DNA of 64,000 nucleotides from Orbicella franksi (Eukaryota): positions 34,038,001 through 34,102,000 of the forward strand of contig OZ116698.1 of the NCBI GenBank assembly GCA_964199315.1, written 5' to 3'. The notes below the pieces were generated by a model, which saw nothing but the letters and a program-made list of their open reading frames with translations, did no database searches and had not been told where the DNA came from. Every line of letters begins with the position of its first letter. The stretch's first letter is position 1. The position numbers and the translations under genes were made by a program. This document shows, piece after piece, positions 49,951-61,600 of this stretch.

Positions 49951-52900
49951 CTTCCTTCTTCGTCTTCTATCATCCTTCTGTAATCTTTAATATCCGAGTC
50001 CAGCGCTTTCTTCACTTCGGGCATCAGTTCTTCATCGTATTCATGGTTGGTTAGAATCCACTGGTTGCGTTCTTTGATGACAGCATCTCTCTGAGCGATG
50101 ATTTCAGCAGACCTCCTGTTGTCGGCTACTCGCAGTTTTTCTAAGTCTTCAATTTTCAGTAACAAGCTTGCATTCTGAGATAATCAATAATGAATTTTTA
50201 CATTTTTATCTCTAAATACACTCTTTTTCTGTAAGAATACTGTTTTTTCGGCCCAGGCTGAATAGTAATAAAAATTGGACCATGTCAACAAAACGTCAAA
50301 TTATCTGTTCTATCATGACTTTCATAGCGTTGAATCCATTTTTGAGCCAGATTGCAGTAATATGACACACAGAACTTCTTGCAGAAATGTTATTAGATCG
50401 AAGATACAGCTAGGGCTGTTTTTTCTTGTATTTTGGCTGGTTTTCCCGTTTGGAGAAGGAATAATTTTTACACGGTTTAGTTAAAAACACATAATTGTAT
50501 TGTATTTACAAATTTTCAACACAAAAAATTATATTCTTTTCAAAATCTCAGTCTCTGGTTTATTCTCAAAATATTCTTAAAATTTCGCAAATTTTAGCCT
50601 CGATATTTTTAAAAAATGTATTCTTAAAAAAGGAAAAAGAGTGCAAGCAACGAGAGACATGTACGTAGGGATTTATTTTCTCACTACAGCAAACAAAGTG
50701 TAAATGATTTATTTCCAGTTTACCTTAGACTCCCACTGGCCTATCTGTGACTTGAGATTTTCGATAGCAATGCTCAAATGTCTGTTTTCTTCTCGGGCAT
50801 TTGACAACTCTTCCCAATCTTTTGAGTACATCTGCTGCAGCTCGTCACACTGAAAACGTAAAAGTGCAGGACCCGCCAGTTTATGTTCAAATATCTAGTC
50901 CAAAGGTCGAAGCTGGGTGATACGGGAAACATTTTCTTTTAATTAAGTAGATGTGTATCATGCATTGCTGCATTACAAGTTGAAGAGTACTACCTCTGAT
51001 GTGAGTTGCAAAATCATACTGCGCAAAAAAGACAAGGGTTTAACTTTCAGCAGCATGTTGCTGCAACTTGCAACAAGGGTACAAAACGCGTAAAAACGTT
51101 TTACCACTCACAATGCAACAATGTTGCACTGCAAGTTGCAAGGACAGTTTTGACCGTATTACACCGCATTAGTGTTGTGTTTGCTGTTATTTATTTATTT
51201 ATTTATTTATTTATTTTTTGCTTAATTTAGTCATTTCAAGTTGACAATGAGGAAAGTGATTTGAGTCACCCGAAAATGCAGTAAAACCCTTTCTGCGGAA
51301 ACTAGTCCCTCTTCAGAGCATATAAAAGCATTGCTTATGACACAAAGGCATTGCCAATAGTATAAAAACAACATTCTGGTCAAAGATCTTCAAAAGCGGA
51401 AACTAAATTATTAACTACTTATTGACCTCGATCGTTTGGTCTTTATGGGAAATCTCAAACCCAGACCTTGCCCTATTGACCTCGCTATCGCTCGGTCAAT
51501 ACGGCAAGGTCGAGGTTTGAGATTTTCCCGTAAGACCGAACGATCGACGTCAATAAGTTGGCTTTTTGCTTTGTTTTTGCAGGCTCGTGATAAGTCCGTC
51601 GGCATTACGGGAGAGTAATGTCTTAGGATGAGCCAATCAGAGCAAGCGTTATATCGGTTCCGAACACAAGCCATGTAATAAATTTCTATATTACCTTGGA
51701 CTGCCACTGGCTCAGATCTAATCTGAGATTTTCGACATTTATGGACCAAGTTCTTTTCTCTTCTCGAACAGTTGTCAACTCTGCCACAGCTAGTAAAGAC
51801 TTCTGCTGCAACTCATCATACTGAAAGCAATATTGATACAGGAACCATCTCTAAAGAGTCATTACCAGCTAACGTTCCGATAGCCTGTTCCAGGCTCTTG
51901 GTCAGTGGTGACGATCGAAAAAGCCGGCGGGCGACGAGCGGGAACAGTCCCAGGCCCTGCTCGTCGTCCGCCCGCTTTTTCGATCGTCCCCACTGACCGA
52001 GAGCCTTGAACAGGCTAAAGTTTTGAGCCTAGCAAAGGATAATGTTTGAATGATGCTTATTTCGCGTTTTTACTTGGGTTTTCAACCAGACTGCGAAACA
52101 AAAGAGATCACGTAACCATCATTAGTGTCTCTGTAAACGAATACATCCCCATTGAATAAAATAATCAATCAATCAATCAATCAATGAATAGGTAAATAAA
52201 TGAATAAATAATAAATAAATAAATAAATAAATATCTTAATTGACCACTCCCCCAATGGGGCTTTTCAGGGCCAATGAAACCAAATGATGAAACAAATAAT
52301 GCAAATGAACATAACATAGTTAAAAATCCCAACTGGCGGGAGGCAGACCAGTTGGCTATTTACAAGCATGACAGAGGAGCTGAACTAGGGTCTACCGAGA
52401 AACAACTCCAGCTAATGTGAAGGTGAATTAATCAACATGACACGAGCGTGGGACAAAGAAAAATTCTGAGTCCCCGACAGGAATCGAACCCATGACCTCC
52501 CGAACACCGGGCGGGCGCTCTATCCACTGAGCTACGAGAACTCATGGAGAGCAAGGTCATTTAACTGAGTTCATATATGACAGGTGTCCTGCATACTGCT
52601 AGGATCAACGCTATCGAATTCATCGTGAGTAGTGATAAGTTAATAAAGATGGTGAATTTTAAGCTCGGTAAAGAAATGTGAAGGTAAATTAATCAACATG
52701 ACACGAGCGTGGGACAAAGAAAAATTCTGAGTCCCCGACAGGAATCGAACCCATGACCTCCCGAACACCGGGCGGGCGCTCTATCCACTGAGCTACGAGA
52801 ACTCATGGAGAGCAAGGTCATTTAACTGAGTTCATATATGACAGGTGTCCTGCATACTGCTAGGATCAACGCTATCGAATTCATCGTGAGTAGTGATAAG

Positions 52901-55900
52901 TTAATAAAGATGGTGAATTTTAAGCTCGGTAAAGAAATGTGAAGGTAAATTAATCAACATGACACGAGCGTGGGACAAAGAAAAATTCTGAGTCCCCGAC
53001 AGGAATCGAACCCATGACCTCCCGAACACCGGGCGGGCGCTCTATCCACTGAGCTACGAGAACTCACGGAGAGCAAGGTCATTTAACTGAGTTCATATAT
53101 GACAGGTGTCCTGCATACTGCTAGGATCAACGCTATCGAATTCATCGTGATTAGTGATAAGTTAATAAAGATGGTGAATTTTAAGCTCGGTAAAGAAATG
53201 TGAAGGTAAATTAATCAACATGACACGAGCGTGGGACAAAGAAAAATTCTGAGTCCCCGACAGGAATCGAACCCATGACCTCCCGAACACCGGGCGGGCG
53301 CTCTATCCACTAAGCTACGAGAACTCATGGAGAGCATTTAACTGAGTTCATATATGACAGGTGTCCTGCATACTGCTAGGATCAACGCTATCGGTGTTCG
53401 GGAGGTCATGGGTTCGATTCCTGTCGGGGACTCAGGATTTTTCTTTGTCCCGCGCTCGTGTCATGTTGATTAATTCACCTTCACATTTCATTACCGAGCT
53501 TAAAATTCACCATCTTTATTAACTTATCACTACTCACGATGAATTCGATAGCGTTGATTAATTCACCTTCACATTTCATTACCGAGCTTAAAATTCACCA
53601 TCTTTATTAACTTATCACAACTCCAGCTAAGTGGTCAGAGTGGGACTTAAACCCGCGACCTCCGGATTTCAAGTCCGGCGCCCTAACCACTCGGCCACGC
53701 TGCCTCCACGAAATAAATGGCTTTATTTAAGTGTCAAATGTATTTAACCCTACTGTGCTATAAGTGAGGACACTGAAAATAAACAGCCAAATATTGCACA
53801 TAGAACGTAAACTATTAAGAATCCCAACTGGGGGAAGCCTCCCACGCAGACGCTCTTAGGGCTCGTCACGCGTTCCTTCCCCACGTGGGGAAGGAATTGG
53901 GAAATTTCGGAAACCAGTGGTGAGAGAGAATACCTTGAGAGGGGATTACGTTGGGTATACAAGGCCTTCTTAGGGAATAAACTCTTAATCCTCTCTTAAT
54001 TTCTCGGTGTTTGGAACCGCAGAAGATATTCCCTTCATCTTTCAAGAATAAGGCGCAGAGGTCAATGTCTGTATTAGATGAGAGGCTTACGAAATCCGGT
54101 TTTTTGGAATCAAATTAAGAAGTGAATTTTTGTCCGTAAAAGAAAGGTGTCCGTAAGGAGAGGTTGCACTGTATTTCTCTCTACCTTTGAATTGTGACGT
54201 GTCTCAAGTTCGTTCCTCAGTTCTTGCAGCTGTTGGGCCAACATTTCTTCATAACGTGTCTTCATTTTCGATTCAACTTCAAAGCGCTTTGCCTCTGCGA
54301 TTCGTAACTGGCCGCGGATCCCAACTATATCCTAAAGAGAAAAGATTGCAATACATGCACAGCGAGCGAAAAAAATAGGTCAGAAGCGCGGCGAGAGAAG
54401 GCGAAAAAAGTTCTTTCGCTTTCGCTCGCGCGCGTCTCCCCTATTTTTTTCGCTCGCCGTTTTTCGCGCTGCGCCCCAACTAACTGAACGCCTGGAAGAG
54501 ACTAATGGTCAGTGCGTTAAATTCCGGATCGAGCGGTCCGGGTTCGAGCGCTGGCTGGGGTCATTGGGTTGTGTTCTTGAGCGGGCCGATACTTTATTCT
54601 CGCAGTGCCTTACGGTGCTACGGTGCCTCTCTCCACCCAGGTGTACAATTAGTATCCCAAGAGGCAGGCAAGAGATAATAAGCACTCAATGACTGGCCCC
54701 AAGGAAAACACTGAGGTTTGTTTCCCCGAGACCCTTGATGTTTAATAATTACACGCAACATCCAGGAGGGGAGTAGAAATGCTCCTAGTCTCTTAACGCC
54801 AAAATTTAATCTTAAGTACAAGATTAATGGATCTAAACGGAACGTGTTTTAAATCTGAACAAGTTCTGATGTGAGAAAATTGAAATATGTTTTCTAACAG
54901 CTTGCGCAGGTTAAAGCGTCATTTCAAAACTACATGTTTTTGTCGATAGTTAAAACCCATTACCTTTTCGTATGTTTCCTTCATAGAAACCAGTTCTGTT
55001 TCCTTGGACAGTAATTTGCTTTCAAGGTCCATCTTTAAGAGGGTCTCTTGTTCAAGGTCGAATTTAGTTACTTCCAAGGCGTCCTTCAGTTCTTGGCGCT
55101 CTTTCATTAGCTCCAGTATTTTAACTTCTAAGTTCTTAATTTCCTGATTTCTTGCCACTAGCTGTCCTTCTTTTTCAGAAAGTTGCCACTGAGCAGTTTT
55201 CAAGGCATCTTCAGTCACCTTGTGCGCTTCGATCTGTTTATCAAGCCTTTGAGGTGACAAGAAAGTTTAGTAGCCGCCTATTAGCAAGTATTAATTGTCA
55301 ATACAATTATAAAAACAATCCGTAAGTCTCGTACAGTGCTGCTAGCGAATAAGCTGGACGTGATGGAGTAGGCACATTAACTTCGCATAATGTGGCAAGT
55401 CATTGCAATTAAAATACAAGTTCTGCTAAATTATGCTACTGTTATTAGGTATAGAATACGCGGGCTCGTCTGTTTGTTAAATACAGAGTCGAAGGCTAAA
55501 ACAGTGAACTCAGAAATGAAGTAATAAATTCCATGGTAAATTTAATGGATATCTGAATTCATTTATTGCTTCAAAAATAAACTTTCCCGTCTGTCCTGAA
55601 ATGAAGATTTCGATATTCAAAACGATCTATAAGCGAAAGAGTTCAGCCAATCAGCAAGCACTTAAATTTATGCTTATGCCAACCATGTCTTCACTGGATA
55701 GAACACCGAGAAGAACGCTTATGCTTATGTCGTGGCCGTCCCCACTAGCACATAAGCTTCTCATGCCTGTGCTTCTGCTTGCGTCGCAAGTGAGGACCGG
55801 GCTTCAACCGACGGTTATGCACCTAACAGTTTGATCTCATATCTGATTGGTAGCTATCCAATTAACATGTCAAAGCCATTACAAAGAGTCCACGGTTTTC

Positions 55901-56657
55901 TGGTTCGCACAATAATGCGTGAGTGCATGTCAATTCCTTGCGGTTTGATCCCGCATTTGATTGGCAGCTAGGCAGTTAGACATGCCTAACATAGTAATGG
56001 CAACACAGAAGGGAAGCTAAACCCTTTCGCGACGTCTTGCACAGTAGTACACAATAGTCCAGTTTTGAAACACCTTAGAGTACAGCTACGATAAATTTTT
56101 GCGGGCTTATCGCCGATTGCCACAAACTAGGAAATAGAACTCATCGTGGAATATTTTTACAACTTGGAGCGAGAAAGAAATTCTTATCACTACACACAAT
56201 AAAATGTACTTGTCAAGAGAACTGCTGTGTTGTGCATTAGGATGACACCCAGTCTGTTACTATAAAACACAAGAAAAGTGTGTAAAAGACATAATATTAC
56301 TTACTTCTTCTTGTATTCATCAGCCAGTGCCGCGTTTTTCCTGTTCTCGGTATGAAGGCGGGCTCTCTCTCTTAAAATCTCGTCATACAGTCGATTTGCA
56401 TCCTCTAGCCTCGATTCAAACTGCTTAATCTCCTTTTCTTTGCTCATCTTCAATACAGTGATCTCGGCTATCAACTTCTTCTTCTCGTCTGTCAGGTGGC
56501 TGTTCGAATCCTCCAAAGTTTTGACTTTTTTAATGTAAACGTCAAGGCGTTCATTCAACTGTTTAAGTTCATCTTCTTTCTTCTCTAGAAAGTAACGAAG
56601 AGCTTTCTTCGTCGGGGATATAATGGGTGGAAGGTCAATGGGAGGTAAACTCGTCAT
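49951..56657 (-). CDS. Divergent lamin-type intermediate-filament paralog: head and rod exons
   Basis: Exons: 56657-56305 (353 nt; MTSLPPIDLPPIISPTK...KEDELKQLNERLDVYIKKVKTLE), 55246-54964 (283 nt), 54331-54185 (147 nt), 51820-51695 (126 nt), 50849-50724 (126 nt), 50174-49951 (224 nt; ...KALDSDIKDYRRMIEDEEGR). All GT-AG and in frame. Phases and sizes follow the lamin pattern (human LMNA exons 356, 157+126, 171, 126, 221 nt, recalled). Confidence 0.9.
51885..52015. mobile_element. Short palindromic MITE (TAGCCTG...CAGGCTA)
   Basis: Near-perfect hairpin. The same terminus type occurs at about 27905-28197 and 38155-38310. Confidence 0.7.
52416..53616 (-). repeat. Tandem array of 261-bp tRNA-like units with an inverted terminal segment, inserted into a SINE
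   Basis: Three full units and one partial unit at a 261-bp period. tRNA-like segments at 52468-52543, 52729-52804, 52990-53065 and 53251-53326. Inverted partial copy at 53393-53616. Direct repeat ACAACTCCAGCTAA at 52402-52415 and 53617-53630. The host tRNA-SINE head is at about 53630-53708. Confidence 0.9.
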
Positions 56658-57229
56658 TTTCAAAAGCACCTTTTTCAGGCGCAGTTAGTTTTGTTTTTGT
56701 TGTTAGCACCAAATGGATAGGATTTCAGAGATGATTATTCCACAATTGCTGGTGTTTTTATGTCTGCTCGAGTGGCTCAGAACGCTGAAAACCGTGAACT
56801 TCCAATCATATGCGAGCTGTAACAGCCATTAGCTAGAAGGGTTTATTTAATAACCGGGTGTTGTCACGAAACAACCAGCGTTACTGACGCTTCTTTCGAA
56901 ATCAATTAGAACAGTTTAACTTATATCTTTTCTGTTTCAGAGTTTTAACGTAAGCGGAGGAGAGAAAAACGAGTTTTAGAAACGAATGCTCAATTCGCGA
57001 TAATTCAACAGATGTCCACGCCCTCAAGGCACACTTACGACTGCGGTTTCCGCAATAAACATTGTTTAACAAACAATTCTGTATGTTCAAGGTCCGGTCT
57101 TCATAGTTAGCCGAACATGCACTATGTCATGTTTACTGCTAGAAAAGATGTCTTTAATAACCTACGATTCGCCCGTGAATTCTTAAGTGCACTCCCGATT
57201 CCGTTTACGCATTGCACTGAATAGTCACA

Positions 57230-57390
57230 ATACAGTTCAACCCCACTATTTCGAACTCTCAGGTGAAAAGAAAAGTGGTTCGAAATAGCCGATAGAAAAT
57301 TACTGAAGGGTAAATCAAAGGGAAATGGTTTTGACTTCGAAATAACGGCGAATTCGAAATAACCGGGTTCGAATTAGCGGAGTCTAACTG
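57230..57390. mobile_element. Tc1/mariner-like MITE
   Basis: TA-CAGTTCAACCCC...GAGTCTAACTG-TA ends. A related half copy lies at about 48360. Confidence 0.6.
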
Positions 57391-58657
57391 TATATTCGCA
57401 GGTACGAGTTGCTGAAACTCGTGAACTAGTGTTAACTTCCGTGCTAGTTAAGTGTTTTATCAGCTGTTTGTTAATTAGTTGGTCGCTTGGTAGAAGCAGT
57501 CTGTTCCATCGTGAATCATTATTTAACTGTGTTTATTTATTGCAAAGTTTGAATGGCACTCGAACAAAGTGACCAGCTTCTAATTGGCTTGATAGCTCAG
57601 TGCGTAGAGCATTCCACCTGGTAGTACCGCACAGGTCATGCTTTGAATTCAGTTTTTTTTCAGGCTTTCTCTTCGCAACTGCTTAATTGTGTATATGACT
57701 ACGAAGGTGTTTGATGTCGATGCATTAGTAAATTCTTCATCCGCAGTTCTTATACTGAACAAGGCCAAAAATAGGGTCTGTAGACCCGTAAAAATACTTT
57801 GGTGATTTTTGCGGCTACGATTAAGTGATTTCTTTCCGGGAGGGAGGGCTAGTTAATGCTAACAGAGGCAAATTTTTTATGAGTCAAAACTTCTAAGTTT
57901 TATAGATTGTTGCCTTAAGTGAAGAGAAAATGCACAGCTAAGGAAGAAAAAACACAATTCTGGGTAACCATTTACCTAAGTTTATTTACGATATAGACAA
58001 AAACTGCATTGGCGACCGGCTTCGTACAAAATCTAGCCTCACTGAATACATCTTTTCCAAATAAAGACACTTTCGCTATATTTGCAAAAATAGAAAGGTT
58101 TATCACGACGTGGAAGAGAAATTGAGGCTAAATAAAACAAAAAGAGACAGAAAGCAATGTAGTTACAATCTTGATTATTTTGCCTATAGTTACAACTTTG
58201 ATTATTTTGCCGTTTTCAAAAAGGAAAACTCACTTCTTCTGTTATGCTATAAAAGAAAAGGCTTTCACACAATGAATGACTTCAGCCTCCACTAGTGATT
58301 CATTTTTATTCTTAAGTTCGACCAAGGCGAATTGGGTGATGGTGGCGGGACTTAGATGTATGCTTCAGAAGCTGTTGTAAACTGGTCACATCCCCCAGCA
58401 TAAATTAAATATTAATGATGCCGAGTTAACTATAAGTTAAGGAAAGTAACAAACTTGTGTTGGCAATCACTCAGTGTCCAAAATTTGTGTAGAGATCGTA
58501 ATACAATTACATTGGATTACAGTCAAGTACAGCGATAACAAAGAACCTACAAGCATTCCTTTTTACAGAGCAAAGATATAAACCTAATTATTTCAATTCG
58601 AACTGTTTTAGTCTAAGAAAGGCCACCTAATAAAGTACAAAAATTAGTTGCTGATTA

Positions 58658-61600
58658 CTACTGAATTAAACAGCCTTTTGAAGTTTCTCCCTAAAAAGGA
58701 AAAGAAAAAAAGCACTTTTTACTAAAATAGCAAACTTTGAAGTCTGATTTGACCAAATCTAAGAAATCAACACGTGTCTGCATCCGCTTTCTACAACTAC
58801 GATTTCTAAAATCAAACAGAGATTAATGAAGGAAATTTATTGAATAGACGTTAAGAACGAATTTGACAATACAAGTTACAGCAGATAAGTTCATAATATG
58901 GAGATTAAGCCAAACCTCCCATTAAATACTGATCAATTACCAGGACCAATAATAAGCATTTCACCAAACTGAGTGAATTGAACAAACAAGCAAACAGGAG
59001 AAATACAGTGAATATTTTCATATAAACCCAGTGAAATAAACCCAGCCATTTGGAATGGTAGGCTTAGTAGAGTGGATGAATATTTAAAACCTTACAACAG
59101 TTACGTGTGTAGCAGGCATGACAGTTTAATCATGACAAGTATAATTTACCACTTCAATACAATATTATCACTTTAATCCCTATTCCAAAGCTATCTTGTA
59201 GTACCATTTTTGAGAAGAGGTCAAACAATGATCTAAAGGTGCTTAGGGAAACTTCACAGTGCTTATATGACATGTTTATCAAATACTTATAAATTATTGA
59301 GTGCAGTCCTCACCTCACGTTGTCCAGACATTATCACTCGACTGTCAGGTTCATCAGTCCTTAAAATGCTCACTTCTTCACTTATTGCAGTTGCTGCCTC
59401 CTGCAAAAAATATCATTGAAATACGAGAGGCCGAGATAAACAAGGCAACTGGCCATCACAACACAACTCTCGGGTTTTCAGATAACAAAACCATGTAGAC
59501 CAATGTGTAATGACCTGTTTTTACTACATTTTTGTACATCAATAATCCTGGGTGTTTTAAGAATTCTTAAGCAGAATCCTATTAAATCTTGGGGTCAAAG
59601 TCCACTTACTGCATTACCCATAACTCACCACTGACTTGGAAGAAACAGAATAATCTTTTACTTCACTGGATTGGTAAGCAAAGGAATTGGACATTATCAC
59701 TCTTGATATGAAAGGCTTAATTCTTTTACTGATTTCCATACAGTTCTTATAATGTAAGCTCTGAGAATTTGGCACTTCATCAAGACAAAGTTACATAAAG
59801 AGCAGCTGATTTCAAATGTCTATTTAGGCACTTTTCCAGACCAGTGCTTTCTTAATCAAGTTGATCTAATGAAAATATGTTGGCAAAAAGCTAAATGCCT
59901 TTGGAAGTTCTTCACATGAAGTCACACAAACATTGAGAAATTTATGATACTTTAATCTCCACTATTAGATATCAAAACAGTCTACTGTGAACCAGAAAAT
60001 AACATTTTAAATTACATCTAGGTCACATATTTACATGTAAAGATTTACAGCCTAGAAAATAAAGGTACAACTCTAACTGAATTTAGTTCTTTTTCAAAAT
60101 AAGGAATTTTTTAAAATTTTGCGAGGTCTTTGATCACATGCTTCCCAAAATACCCATCCTAAACCCAGCAGAATTAGAATTAGTTTCTCTCAGAAATTGT
60201 AGGAAGTTTTTATTGAAGTGATCGCTCTTGAGATCGTAATTGAACATCACTGATCTACACAGATAGTTAAGTCTACAACCTTTACTTTTATGGCTGCTAC
60301 AATTATTAATGGAGTTATTTTGCAGTTTGTAATCAGATGAGCTCAAAATGATACATACTGATCAATCAATTATTATTAAAGGCAAAAAATCACATCATAG
60401 AGCTGTCATAGAGGTTTGGGCATTTTCCCTTTACAAGGCAGATATTTTAGTGCATTAATCCTTTATCAATATCCAAAACTTCAAAAGCCATACACAAGCA
60501 GAAACAGACAAAAAGACAACATTGGAGTTAAACAATGCAGGTCAGTTCAACTCCATAGAACTCCTGTAAAATGTTTTGTTGAATTAAACAACTCTGCTAC
60601 AGAAATGAGTAAAATCCAAATAATTCAAAGGTACTCCAACTTGACTGGACAGTAACTCAAGTGCAAACATTCCTTCTTCCATGTCCTCATCGGCAAATTG
60701 ACAAACACAGACACAAACCTGGCCTTCAGAGTCCTTCAAAACTGTCTTTGTTTCTTTTCCAACACCCCAGCTGGCCTTCTGTCTAAAAACTAGATCTGTA
60801 GGCGGTTTGTGTTGACCACCACCTTGTGATGCCCAAATCTAGAATTAGAAGAGGAAAAGTGTTATTTGTTAGTTTGTAGATTCATTGAAAGGTGTGTAAT
60901 CCTTTCACTTCCCTGTAAAAAACCTATTTACAAAAATAGGCAGCCGAGGACTCCATGTGGCTACCTTGGATATAAATAATTGCTGAACTCCTCATTTTGA
61001 TAGCAAGTCAAAAGGGCTTGCAAGCCAACTCGTGATATACAATCAGATAAAAAAGATTAGGAGAAGTTACGTTGCGTGACACAAAATAAATTTTGTAACT
61101 ATCATTCACTTACAAAAAATCATTAAGCTTATTTAGGTGTAACAATTGAGCTGTTTTGAATGCTATTTCTGATAAAGTAACGAGTTCCACCAAAAATGAA
61201 TGTGTTATGTACATGTACACAGTACTTCAGAGTTAAAGAACTATCAATAATGAACTTAATTTCTGTCACATGGGTTGATGAAATCCACATTTTACTTTAC
61301 GTCTCCTTGCCTTTAAAATTACCCTAGCAAGTCATGGGCTATTCTGATATCAAAGGTTCTGTCCTTAGGACTTGAGTTACAACAAACATCTTCATTCCTT
61401 TATTACACTAACAAATTCTTGCATCAGAGGATCGAAATTACTCACACAACAGCAGGTCCCAAACTGACCAAAATGACAAATGGACAAAAGGTTTCTAGCT
61501 GAAAACTGCGCACTTTGTAAGATGACGTTTACGAGTACGTACCAAGCGATCTCCTTATCTCCTGACTATGTATATGTTTTTCCTACATTGATGATTCTTT

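Noticed and set aside
52468-53326. Functional tRNA gene cluster or CRISPR-like array
   Set aside because: The anticodon loop lacks U33 and has a stem mismatch, the units are embedded in a repeat inserted into a SINE, and there are no unique spacers.
59920-59945. C-D-F-M-stop on the minus strand as a possible lamin CaaX
   Set aside because: It lies inside an intron upstream of the 87-nt exon and has no suitable acceptor. The real CaaX exon is 58690-58658.
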